From: Vulcanimicrobiota bacterium
GTDB taxonomy: Bacteria; Vulcanimicrobiota; Vulcanimicrobiia; Vulcanimicrobiales; Vulcanimicrobiaceae
Length of the DNA stretch: 64,000 nt
Assembly (NCBI GenBank): GCA_963777315.1
Contig: CAVZQC010000004.1
Location: 872,231 to 936,230, forward strand
Reading direction: 5' to 3'
Below the pieces are notes generated by a model. It ran no database searches. It saw only the letters and a program-made list of their open reading frames with translations, and was not told where the DNA came from. The position numbers were made by a program, and so were the translations under genes. Below are positions 9,773 through 19,581 of this stretch, in pieces. The first letter of the stretch is position 1; every line of letters begins with the position of its first letter.

Positions 9773-10045
9773 TCAAACCAGCCGCGCATCGGCTCCGATT
9801 GGAGCGTCGTCCGGCGTGACGAGCGCTTCCTCGGCAGCGACATCGTCGGGCACGCTCAAACCGGTGGCGTGGCCGTTACGGCACGTAAGCATCACCGCGA
9901 GCTGCGAACGGCCTTCGTCCTGCGCAACGTTGAGCGGATTGCCCTGCGCATCGACTACAAATGAACGCGCGCCGGCCTGCGCGAGCACCTGCCCGCAGCG
10001 CGCGCACGCGAGCTCGCGCAGGTGGACCAGATTCACATAAGGCAT
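9773..10045 (-). CDS. Small hypothetical protein with CxxC...CxxGH (possible zinc ribbon)
   Basis: MPYVNLVHLRELACARCG...LTCRNGHATG. Fills the gap right after the MFS gene on the same strand. Confidence 0.6.
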   Translation of the reverse strand: MPYVNLVHLRELACARCGQVLAQAGARSFVVDAQGNPLNVAQDEGRSQLAVMLTCRNGHATGLSVPDDVAAEEALVTPDDAPIGADARLV

Positions 10046-10056
10046 GCAGCGTAGAC

Positions 10057-11280
10057 CTACGCCTGCTCGCCGGCCAGAGTATCGAAGCGGCGCAACTGCG
10101 GAAACAGCACCGACCACACCGCAATTACCAGCAGCGTAGCGACTCCGCCGGCCACAACGCAAGCTTGCGCGCCGATGAGTGAGGCCAAGCCGCCGGACTC
10201 GAACGCGCCCAGTTCGTTGGAAGCGCCGATAAAAACGTTCTCGACTGCGCCGATGCGCCCGCGCATGACGTCCGGCGTACGCAACTGCACCAGCGCGCTG
10301 CGGATGACGACGCTCACCATGTCGAAACCCCCCGTCAGCACGAGCGCCAAAATCGAAAGGGCGAAATTGCGCGACAATCCGAACGCAATCGTCGCCAATC
10401 CGAAACCTGCGACGCACACCAGCAGCAAGCGCCCCGCGCTTTTATTGATCGAGCGCCGAGCGACATAGCCGGCCACAAGCACCGCGCCCATCGCCGGCGC
10501 CGCGCGCAAGACGCCGAAACCGGTGGGGCCGACGTGCAGAATCGTCGTTGCGAAAACCGGCAGCAGCGCGGTTGCACCGCCGAATAGGACCGCAAACAGA
10601 TCCAATGATATCGCCGCCAGGATGATCCGCCGCGAAAAAATGAAGCGCAGCCCTTCCAGCGCTGCGCGCACGACCGGCTCAGCTTCGTAAGGGACGTCAT
10701 GCCTGCTCAGAAGGCTAAAGGCAAGTGTTGCGAACACGTACGCCGCTGCGCCCAGTATGAACGCCGCCGAGGGACCCAGCGCGATAAGCGCGCCGCCCAG
10801 CGCGGGTCCCGCGATCGTGATGAGCTGCGTTGCCGACGACGTCGTGGCCTGCGCGCGCACATAGCCGTGCGCCGGCACGATGTTGGCCAGAAGCGAGCGT
10901 TGAGCGGGAGTGCCCAGCGAATGGGCAATGCCGATAAACGCCACGGCGGCCAAAGCGATCGGCAGCGAACGCACGTGCAGAACGACGAGCGCCACGAATC
11001 CGCCCAGCCCAACGCCTTCGGCCAACGACGCTGCGGCGCATATGCTGCGACGATCGACGCGATCGGCCAGTACGCCGGCAGGCAGCGCCAGCACCAGCTG
11101 CGGTACGAACAGCACCAAGCCTACCAGTCCCAGATCGAACGGATTGTGGCGCAACCCGAAGATCTGCCAGCTCACTGCGACGTCTTCCACCGTAAACGCC
11201 AGCATCGAGCTCTGGCGCGCGACGAAGTACCAATAAAATTCGCGCGGAAATGGCCCCCTTAAGATTCGCTCTCGGTCCAC
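10057..11280 (-). CDS. MFS transporter (EntS/H+-antiporter-like)
   Basis: About 12 TM segments, AGVLADRVDRR motif, AAISLDLFAVLFGGATALLP, TPDVMRGR. Start uncertain (GTG 11280 chosen). Confidence 0.88.
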   Translation of the reverse strand: MDRERILRGPFPREFYWYFVARQSSMLAFTVEDVAVSWQIFGLRHNPFDLGLVGLVLFVPQLVLALPAGVLADRVDRRSICAAASLAEGVGLGGFVALVVLHVRSLPIALAAVAFIGIAHSLGTPAQRSLLANIVPAHGYVRAQATTSSATQLITIAGPALGGALIALGPSAAFILGAAAYVFATLAFSLLSRHDVPYEAEPVVRAALEGLRFIFSRRIILAAISLDLFAVLFGGATALLPVFATTILHVGPTGFGVLRAAPAMGAVLVAGYVARRSINKSAGRLLLVCVAGFGLATIAFGLSRNFALSILALVLTGGFDMVSVVIRSALVQLRTPDVMRGRIGAVENVFIGASNELGAFESGGLASLIGAQACVVAGGVATLLVIAVWSVLFPQLRRFDTLAGEQA

Positions 11281-12119
11281 AAGCGCGCGAAGGCTTCGCG
11301 GTTTTTCGCCAGCACTCGATCCATGTCGGCCTTCCAGAGCGATCCTTCCAAATGCAGAGACGACAAAATCTCGACGACCCACGGACCGTTGTAGCCGGTG
11401 GCTCGTATCGAACGGATCATGTCGGCCAGCGGTATCACTCCGTCGCCCAAGCTGTAGCGGTCGGCCGTCGAACGCGGCGTCTTCCAGTCGCTCAATTGCA
11501 CGAGCAGAATCTTTTTACCGCACTGACGGATTCTTTCGTCCAGCCCAGCGGTTTGCCACACGTTCCAACTGTCGATGCAGATTCCCACGTGCGGGTGATT
11601 GACGTTGTCGACCAGTTCGAGCCCCTGATCCAAATACCATACGGCCGTATCGGTGTGGATGTTGACCGGACTGAGCGGCTCGAACGCGATGTTCATGCCG
11701 CGTTCGCCCGCAAAGTCGCCCAGTTCTTTGAGCGCTTGCGTCGTGCGCCCCACGGCCGTGCGAAAGTCGCGGTTGGGCGGTATTCCGGTGATGACGACGA
11801 AGGGCGTGTTCTTGGGCAAGTGCGGCGCGCTCATTGCGATGGCGCGTTTCATGGCATCGATGCGATCACTCGGATCCTCCGGCGTGCTCGCCATCGAGTC
11901 GACGAAGACGGAATGAATCTTCATTTGAATCGAGGAAGGCCTGAGCTCGTTCTCGGCCAGCATGTCGAGCTGCGCGCCGTAGTCTTCGTGCGCGAGTTTG
12001 AACTCGCAAATTTCGATGACGCTCGCGCCGTGCTCCCGGTACTTGCGTAAATCGGTCTGGAATGACCACGGCCAAGTCGTAAACTCGCTAAAACCAAATG
12101 TGTATGGCGTTGCCATCAT
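11259..12119 (-). CDS. Sugar-phosphate isomerase/epimerase family (xylose-isomerase-like TIM barrel)
   Basis: IAFEPLS, ICIDSWN, LVQLSD, GDGVIPL, GYNGPWVVEI. ATGA overlap with the upstream gene. Confidence 0.85.
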   Translation of the reverse strand: MMATPYTFGFSEFTTWPWSFQTDLRKYREHGASVIEICEFKLAHEDYGAQLDMLAENELRPSSIQMKIHSVFVDSMASTPEDPSDRIDAMKRAIAMSAPHLPKNTPFVVITGIPPNRDFRTAVGRTTQALKELGDFAGERGMNIAFEPLSPVNIHTDTAVWYLDQGLELVDNVNHPHVGICIDSWNVWQTAGLDERIRQCGKKILLVQLSDWKTPRSTADRYSLGDGVIPLADMIRSIRATGYNGPWVVEILSSLHLEGSLWKADMDRVLAKNREAFARLWTESES

Positions 12120-14558
12120 GCCTCCGTATGCAGTTCCAATAGACAAAAGCCGCGTCGGCTGACTTGAACCGGAATCCCCTCGCGCAGCCGCGGTCCCTCG
12201 AAGCCGGGCTGTTCCACCCATTCTCCTCGCAGCGTATTGTACACGCGCAGCAGATAGCGATCGCGCAGAGCGTCGGCGCGGAAGCTCAGCGACGTCGTCA
12301 CCGTGCGATCGCGCGTGTTGCCGATAAAAATTACCGTGCGGTCCGCGCGCTGGAGCGCCACGCGGATGACGCTGTCTCCGCTCACGTGCACCAGCTCGCT
12401 CACGTCCTGCTCGAATTCCCGCTCCTGGTCCACCGACGGAAACGGGTGGTTGGCGTAGATGCGCAGCGCGTCCAACCGCACGACGAACCACGAAACTTCC
12501 CGCCCGCGCAAATGCAGATTGCGCACGCCCATCCAGCTCCACCCGTTGGCCGGACGCGGATTGAGCGTGGGCGGGTTCACGCTGATGTCCAAGCCTGCGG
12601 CGCCCTCGATGGCGGCCCACAAATACTTGGGCGCGAACCACGGCGAGAGCATCATGCCTTGATTGGTGAGCGTTTCACCGTGCAGCCACTCCGAAAACTG
12701 TCCCGGCACCGTGTTGTTGCGCCGCGGGTCCTGCGAGTAGTGCTCGAAACTCACCGACAGTGCGTACGCCATGAATTCCGGATTGAACGCGGCGGCTGCG
12801 AATGCGAACCAGAACGTCGGTCCGGCCCAAACGCCGCCCAGCAGCCCGTATCCGTGCGTCGGGCCGTAATTGATGTCGTTGCGCGGCACGGTGTGCAGCC
12901 CCGCCTCGCTCCAAAACTCCGGTATGCTCAAACGCGCGATGATATTGGCGGCCACGTCGTGCTCGGCCACCCCGAACATCACCGGAAAGACCAAATCGCA
13001 CGTCACGTCGGTACGCGGCGTGCCGTCTAAGTCGATGTTGAGATAGTACAGGTTGCGGTTCTTGTCGAGCAGATGCTCGTTGATTGCAGCCCGCAGCGCA
13101 TCCGCCTGGTCGTCAAAATAGCGCGACTTCTCGTGGTCGGCCATCTCGCGCGACATCGTGGCCATCGTGCGCAGCGCAGCGTAGCATTCCGAGTTTACCT
13201 CGGTGGTTGCGCCGGAAAGCCGGTAGCCTTTGATGACGTTGCGCCACCCGACGATTCCCCAGTCCGCGGTTCCGTCGGCGGTGCACCATACGAGACCCTT
13301 GTCGTTGCGTTGAGACAGGATGTAGCGTGCGGCGCGTTCGGCTTTGGGATACACGTACTGCAAAAAGTCGCGATCGCCGGTAATGCCGTAATGATGCCAC
13401 AGCGCCAGAATGAGCAGGGGAGTGTCGTCGTTGATGTTCAAGCCGTAGTCTTCGGACTTGCCGTTGCGTATGTCGAAGTACTCGACCACCATGCCGTTTG
13501 GTTCGAGATGATCCGCGTACCACAGCAGCGACTCCCGCGCAAAATGCGGCGTAATGTAGTCGGCGCCGAAAGCAAACCAGGCCGTATCGCGCGAAACGCT
13601 GTTGTTCGAGCGGGTCGGGTCGTTGACGAAACACCAGCCCTGCGAGGTAAGCGACTGCGCGCGAAGCATGTTGGCCTTGGCCCACAGCGCGCCGCGGTTG
13701 ACTTGCGCGTCCGGGGTGACGACCACTGCGCGGCGCAGAACGGCATCGTAGTGCTCTCGCGTGCGCGTCAGGGCCTCCTGCGCGGTGGGCAAACTCCTCA
13801 ACGACTCGCGAGCGCCTTCTAGGCCGTGCATGGAAAACGTCAGCACGAGGTAAAACGCGGCGTGCTGTCCGGGCTTGAGCCGGTGCTGCAAGTGAAAAAT
13901 TCCGATCGGATCGTCCGATGAGTCCAGCGTCGTGTTTGAAAGCTCGCCCGGAAACTGCGCCGCACTGGTCTTCGCGCTGTCCAGCGTAGCCTCGTAGTCT
14001 GTTGGGCCGCACCGAACACGCTGCCATGCGCACGAGCTCGGGCTGCTCTTGATTGCGCACGACGAACGCATGCTTTGAGGCATCGTACGCAGTCTGCGTT
14101 CCGCTGCCGAAATCGCCTCGAAGCCGCAGCGATGCGTAGGTCGCGACGTCGACCGGTTCGGTGCCGTCGTTGCGCAGCTGCACGGTGTAATAGGCGCCCG
14201 GGGGATCGACGGCGTGCCCGTTCGGGCCTTGCGGCTGCCCGCTGAGAATGAAGATATCCTCGCACACCGTGATGCCGTTGACGAGTTGAAAGATGCGCTC
14301 CTGATGATCCGGATGGATGATGAACTGCCCGGGCCCGGGCAGCAGCGGAATGCCGCTGCCGGCATCCCAGTGATGCAGCACCAGCGTTCCGAACACGGCC
14401 AGTCCGGCTTCGCTCGAATACAACTTTTCCAGCGCTCCGGTCGCCTTGATCAGCACGGTGCCTTTGGGAGCGCCCAGCGTGCTGCCCACGGCCATTTCGC
14501 GATCGGAAATCTCGTATTTGGAGATTGCGTGGCCGGGACCGGAAATCGCGGCGATCAT
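12116..14558 (-). pseudogene. Six-hairpin glycoside hydrolase (amylo-alpha-1,6-glucosidase/trehalase-like), split by one extra base near 14005 (possibly a sequence error)
   Basis: N-terminal part MIAAISGPG...MAACSVRP in one frame. It continues as PTDYEATLD...SRDTAW...DDTPL...EVNSECYAAL...GGVWAG in another frame. Confidence 0.75.
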
Positions 14559-15388
14559 AAGCTGCCCGACTGCTTGCTCATGCCTCCGTCGATGACCAGC
14601 GAAGCACCGGTAACGTACCCGGCATCGTCGGAGGCGAGGTAAACGCACAGCGCGGCGATTTCCTGCGGTTTGCCCATGCGCCGCATCGGAATCTCGCTGA
14701 GCAGTTCGTCGTATTTTCCTTGCTGTTTCTTCAAGTTCGCGTCCATCGGCGTATCGATCGCTCCGGGGCACACATTGTTGACCGTTATCCCGTACTGCGC
14801 CAGTTCCACGGCAATCGTTCGGGTGAGCATGCGTAAACCGCCTTTGGTCGCGCAATAAGCAGCGTTCGTCGGCATCGCGAGATCTTCGTGGACCGAAGAA
14901 ATGTTGATGATGCGCCCGCCGCTCTTTTGCTGCGCCATCTGCCGGCCGGCAATCTGCGATCCCAGCCATGCCCCGGTCAAATTTACGGAAACGATCTCGG
15001 TATACACGTCCAGCGGCATTTCTAAAAACGGATACTTCTTTTCGATGCCGGCGTTGTTGACCATCACGTCGATTTTGCCGAAGCGCTGCACGGCAAAATC
15101 GATCATCTGCTGTACGTCGGCAGGCTTGCTCACGTCCGCGCCGATCGCGCAGGCACTCCCGCCGAAAGCTCGCAGCTCGCCAACCAAAGCGTTGGCAGGA
15201 GTTTGGTCGCCGTGATAGTCGATGACGATTTTGGCGCCTTCGCGCGCCATCGCGATGCAAATCGCTTTGCCGATTCCCGTATCGCCTCCGGTGACGATGG
15301 CGACTTTGTCGCGCAGGCGCATTCCGGTCTCCTGCGTCGTCTCGGCCTTTTCGACGCGCACGCCGAACATCGACAGCAGGTTTTTCAC
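14555..15388 (-). CDS. Glucose 1-dehydrogenase-like SDR oxidoreductase
   Basis: TGGDTGIG, NNAGIE, ISSVHE, YCATKGG, PGAIDTP. Start is either GTG 15388 (GTGA overlap) or ATG 15322. Confidence 0.9.
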   Translation of the reverse strand: MKNLLSMFGVRVEKAETTQETGMRLRDKVAIVTGGDTGIGKAICIAMAREGAKIVIDYHGDQTPANALVGELRAFGGSACAIGADVSKPADVQQMIDFAVQRFGKIDVMVNNAGIEKKYPFLEMPLDVYTEIVSVNLTGAWLGSQIAGRQMAQQKSGGRIINISSVHEDLAMPTNAAYCATKGGLRMLTRTIAVELAQYGITVNNVCPGAIDTPMDANLKKQQGKYDELLSEIPMRRMGKPQEIAALCVYLASDDAGYVTGASLVIDGGMSKQSGSL

Positions 15389-18300
15389 AGGAGGCCTCGG
15401 CGCAGAAGTACGACGCCGTATGTTGCCGTCACGGCCGCAGCGGCCGCAACCGCGAGAACTGCGTAGCCCTGCGCTATGACTTTGCGGCGTTTGGCGCGGT
15501 GATCGGGCATGAACCGCAGTTCGGGGTATGCGTCGTCGCGATCGAAGCCGCGGTCGTCCAAGGCTATCTTCATCACTTCGGCCGGATGCAGCGCTTGCCG
15601 CTTCGTGGTTTGCATAATTTGCTCGCGGCAGCTGAACCCGTCGGCCACGACGATCGTCTGCGGCTTGGCCTCGCGCACTTTGGGCAGCAGCACGCGCTCC
15701 CCGCACTTGACCGACATGTCGTAGTGGCTCTCCTCGAAACCGAACGCCCCGGCCATGCCGCAGCAACCGCTGTTGAGCTGCTCGTACTGCAGGTCCATTT
15801 GCTCGAAGACGTGCGTCTCCGCCATCGGATCCAGCAGCGATTTTTTATGGCAGTGCTCGTGCACCACGGCGCGGCGGCGAAGTTTGGGGGGCTTGTACTG
15901 CAGCTGCTGCTCGGCCTTTTTGTTCAAAAACGTTTCGAACATGTAGCATTGCTGGGACAGCCGGTGCGCGTCCTGATCGTTGCCCAGCATGTTCTGCATC
16001 TCGTCTTTGAACACCGATAAACAGCTGGGCTCCAATCCAACCACCGGAACGCCTTGGCGAATGAGCGGCCGCAGATCGGCCAGAATAGCCTGCAGCTGAC
16101 GTTTGGCCTGATCGAGCAAACCGTAATCGTACAGCGGTCGCCCGCAGCAGATTTGATTGGGCGGGACGAGCACCTCGTAGCCGGCGTCTTCGAGCACCTC
16201 CACCGCCGCCTGCGCCGTCTGCGGATGAAAATGCTCGTTCCACGTGTCGGTCCACAAAAGAACGCGATTGTCGAAACCCCGCGACGGCTGCGCGGGCCGG
16301 CGCGGACGGTTCTTGAACCATTGCCGGAACGTACGGCCCGCGAACATCGGTATCTCGCGCTCGGGCGCGATGGAGCCGAGCTTCTTCGCGATCGTGCTGA
16401 ACGGCGGGGCCTGCGTGAAGAAATTGGCAACCCCGGGCGCGAGCGCGGCGAGCTTTGCCCACCAGAACATGTAGCCGAACAGCCACATGTGCAGCGGGCG
16501 CACTTTGCCTTTGAAATAGTGAAAGAGAAACTCCGCCTTATACGTGGCCATGTCGACGTTGACGGGACATTCGTGCTTGCAGCCCTTGCATGCAAGGCAG
16601 TATTCCAGCGACTCTTTGACCGTTTCGTCCTTCCAGCCGTGTTTCATCGGATTGCCTTGCAGCATCTCGAACAGCAGCCGCGCGCGCCCGCGCGTCGAAT
16701 ATTTTTCCTCTTTCGTCACCATGTAGCTGGGACACATGGTGCCTTTATCGTGTTTCCGGCACACGCCCGCGCCGACGCACCGGTTGGCCGCATAGGCGAA
16801 GCTGTGATGATCCTCACCCAGGGCAAATTTCGTGGGCGGATCCCAAGGCTGATAGTTGACGCCCCAGCGCAAGTGCGCGTCGATGGGATACGGCCGAACG
16901 ACTTTTCCGGGGTTCATTTTGTTTTCGGGATCGAACGCGGTCTTGAACTCCCAGAACGCCTGTACCAAATCATCGCCGAACATAATCGGCAGGAGCTCTG
17001 CGCGAATCTGCCCGTCGCCGTGCTCGCCGGAAATCGAGCCTTCGTACTTGACGACGATGTGCGCCATTTCCGTGACGAATTTGCGGTACTTGGCAATGCC
17101 GTCTTTGGTGAACAGGTCGAAGTTGATGCGGCAATGCACGCAACCCTGACCGAAGTGCCCGTAAATGGACGCGAAGTAACCGTACTCCTGCATCTTGTGC
17201 TGAAAGTCGCGCAGGTAATCGCCCAGGTGTTCGGGCGCAACGGCGGCATCTTCCCATCCCGGGTAAAACTCCGGTTCGTTGGGGATTTTCGCGTTCACGC
17301 CCAGTCCGGCTTCACGCGTCTGGAAGATCTCCTCCATCGTGTGCGGATCGCTGGTAACGTCTGCGCCTTTGACCTTGTCGCTATGTTTTTTGATATCGTC
17401 GATCAGCTTGCGCCCTTTGGCTTCGACCTCGTCTTTGGTGTCGCCGCCGAATTGAATGACCAGCCACGCCCGCCCGTCGGGAAAAAGCTCCTCCTGCTGG
17501 TGCGGGTTCTTGCCTTTTTCATGCATGTGCTGAAACAGCGTTTCATCCATGCCCTCTATCGCATGCGGCATGTAGGCGTTGCAAAACGCCACGTGATCGC
17601 CCGCAGCGGCGATGTCTTCAAAACCCAGCAAGGTTACGGCGGTGGTCTTGGGATTGGGCACGAGCACTAGGGTCAGCTCGAGAACGTGTACGCACGTGCC
17701 TTCCGTTCCCACGAGCGCACGGGCCACGTTGAAGCCGCTTTGCGGCGACAGCTGTTCCAAATTGTAGCCCGATACGCGGCGGGGAATCTGCGGAAATTTC
17801 TCGCGAACCAGCGCCTGATATTTCTCATGAATTTGCGCGAGCTTGGCGTAAATGTCAGCCTTGCGGCCGCCTTCGCGAACGATGGCTTCGCGCTCCCGTT
17901 CGCTGGTCGATCCCACGCACAGCCGCGTGCCGTCGTGCAGCAGAACTTCGGCTTGCTCGACGTTTTCTTCCATGCGGCCAGCGAACTGCGCGGGTATGCC
18001 GCAGGCGTTGTTGCCGAACATTCCGCCGATATTGCAGCGGTTGTGCGTCGACGGCGCGGGGCCAAACGTCAAACCGTGTTTTTGAGCGGCGTGCCGCAAG
18101 TCGTCCAGCACGACGCCCGGTTCCACTCTAGCGCGGCGGTTCTCGAGGTCGATCTCCAGGATGTGGTTCATGTACTTGCTGTAGTCGAAGATCATCGCGA
18201 CGTTGCAGCTCGCTCCCGTCAAGCTCGTGCCGCCGCCCCGCGGCGTTGCAGGCACGCCGTAGCGATGGGCGACCGCCATCGCGCGCTGCGCGTCGTCGGC

Positions 18301-18465
18301 GTCTTTGGGCAGCACCACGCAAATCGGGACCTGCCGGTAGTTGGCCGCGTCGGTAGAGTACATGGCGCGATACGCGTCGCTGAAATGCACGTCCCCACGC
18401 ACTGCGGCGCGGAGGTCGCGTTCGAGCGAACGAACGTCGATCTCGGGTTCGATGACCTCGATCAC
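15385..18465 (-). CDS. FAD-linked oxidase with Fe-S and CCG domains (YdiJ/GlcD-GlcF-like)
   Basis: PRGGGTSLTG, SGEHGDG, CVGAGVC, CLACKGCKHECP, CCGRP, CCGMAGAFG, GFSCREQI. Confidence 0.9.
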   Translation of the reverse strand: MIEVIEPEIDVRSLERDLRAAVRGDVHFSDAYRAMYSTDAANYRQVPICVVLPKDADDAQRAMAVAHRYGVPATPRGGGTSLTGASCNVAMIFDYSKYMNHILEIDLENRRARVEPGVVLDDLRHAAQKHGLTFGPAPSTHNRCNIGGMFGNNACGIPAQFAGRMEENVEQAEVLLHDGTRLCVGSTSEREREAIVREGGRKADIYAKLAQIHEKYQALVREKFPQIPRRVSGYNLEQLSPQSGFNVARALVGTEGTCVHVLELTLVLVPNPKTTAVTLLGFEDIAAAGDHVAFCNAYMPHAIEGMDETLFQHMHEKGKNPHQQEELFPDGRAWLVIQFGGDTKDEVEAKGRKLIDDIKKHSDKVKGADVTSDPHTMEEIFQTREAGLGVNAKIPNEPEFYPGWEDAAVAPEHLGDYLRDFQHKMQEYGYFASIYGHFGQGCVHCRINFDLFTKDGIAKYRKFVTEMAHIVVKYEGSISGEHGDGQIRAELLPIMFGDDLVQAFWEFKTAFDPENKMNPGKVVRPYPIDAHLRWGVNYQPWDPPTKFALGEDHHSFAYAANRCVGAGVCRKHDKGTMCPSYMVTKEEKYSTRGRARLLFEMLQGNPMKHGWKDETVKESLEYCLACKGCKHECPVNVDMATYKAEFLFHYFKGKVRPLHMWLFGYMFWWAKLAALAPGVANFFTQAPPFSTIAKKLGSIAPEREIPMFAGRTFRQWFKNRPRRPAQPSRGFDNRVLLWTDTWNEHFHPQTAQAAVEVLEDAGYEVLVPPNQICCGRPLYDYGLLDQAKRQLQAILADLRPLIRQGVPVVGLEPSCLSVFKDEMQNMLGNDQDAHRLSQQCYMFETFLNKKAEQQLQYKPPKLRRRAVVHEHCHKKSLLDPMAETHVFEQMDLQYEQLNSGCCGMAGAFGFEESHYDMSVKCGERVLLPKVREAKPQTIVVADGFSCREQIMQTTKRQALHPAEVMKIALDDRGFDRDDAYPELRFMPDHRAKRRKVIAQGYAVLAVAAAAAVTATYGVVLLRRGLL

Positions 18466-19580
18466 AGCGCGTACCTCTGCGCGTCTTGGCGCTTGAAGTC
18501 CAGGCCGATGCCGGGCCGCTCGAGATCCGGCGCTAGGCAGCCGTCCTTGGGATCCGGCGTTCCGTCGAAAAACATCCGTTCGATGCGCACGTGGTCGTAA
18601 AAGTACTCGACGTGGCGAAGCATCTTTGCCGCGCTCGCCGCGGGCAGCGTCACGTACGGGGCGCAGTGACTCGAGAGCGGCATCATGTGCGCTTCGCACA
18701 GTCCGTCGACGGCAATGAACCCGCTGTAACCCCCGCATCGCGTGACGTCGGCCTGCAACACGTCCGCAGCCTGCGCGGCGATGATTTGCGCGAAATTGTA
18801 CGGCGCAAAACCGTATTCGCCGTTGCTGATCTCCATGACCGCAGGCGCGTGTTCGCGCACCATGCAATTGCCTTCCAAATCGTTATGGTAGACCGGTTCC
18901 TCGTACCAGCAGACATTTTGCTCGGCGAAGAGGGCGGCCATCTCCAGCGCCTGTTTGCGCGCGTAGGCGCCGTTTGCGTCGACGAAGAGCTGCGCGCCGC
19001 TTCCGATCGCTTTGCGAGCGGCCGCTACGCGCTTGCCATCCTGCTCGGGTTCGCGTCCGATTTTCATCTTGACCCGCGGAATCTTCATCGCGTGCACCCA
19101 ATGGCCGAGCTGTTCGCCAAGCTGCGCGATGCCGTACGATGTGAATCCGCCGCTGCCGTACACCGGCGTGCGGCTGCGCGCTGCCCCCAGCAGCACGCTC
19201 ACGGGCGCTTCGAGTATGCGTCCCTTGAGGTCCCACAGCGCGATGTCGACCGCGGATATCGCCATCGACGTGATGCCTTCGCGCCCGTTGTTGCGTATTT
19301 TCGCGTACATGTCGGCATAGCGGGCGGCGGTTTGCAGCGCGTCGCGATGCAGGATCGCATCGCGCAGCACATCGGCGATAACTGCGGCGGCGGCGGCGTC
19401 CGCGTACGTGTAGCCGATGCCTTTCTTTCCGGCCGCCGCGACCTCGACGAGCACCATCGTCGTCGAGGTCCACTCGAGCGTGCCGTCCGATTCCTCCGGT
19501 TCTTGGGTCGGTATCTTGTACGCTTGCACGTCGATCGCTTCGATCGGACACTCCGCTCGAACCGCACCGGCGACGGGCAT
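18462..19580 (-). CDS. Mandelate racemase/muconate-lactonizing enzyme family protein
   Basis: SAVDIALWDLKG, YGSGGFTS, KMKIG, VDANG, WYEEP, GEY. Confidence 0.9.
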   Translation of the reverse strand: MPVAGAVRAECPIEAIDVQAYKIPTQEPEESDGTLEWTSTTMVLVEVAAAGKKGIGYTYADAAAAAVIADVLRDAILHRDALQTAARYADMYAKIRNNGREGITSMAISAVDIALWDLKGRILEAPVSVLLGAARSRTPVYGSGGFTSYGIAQLGEQLGHWVHAMKIPRVKMKIGREPEQDGKRVAAARKAIGSGAQLFVDANGAYARKQALEMAALFAEQNVCWYEEPVYHNDLEGNCMVREHAPAVMEISNGEYGFAPYNFAQIIAAQAADVLQADVTRCGGYSGFIAVDGLCEAHMMPLSSHCAPYVTLPAASAAKMLRHVEYFYDHVRIERMFFDGTPDPKDGCLAPDLERPGIGLDFKRQDAQRYAL

Positions 19581-19581
19581 G

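Noticed and set aside
9743..9778. Promoter upstream of the 9728 ORF (TATAAT, TTGACT, GTTT-N13-GGGTAA)
   Set aside because: The spacings (22 nt and 13 nt) fit neither sigma70 nor SigB/F well.
16054..17670. Long + strand ORFs (e.g. 16054-17670, 28872-30434, 59927-61723)
   Set aside because: Antisense shadows of well-supported genes in high-GC DNA, with no recognisable motifs.
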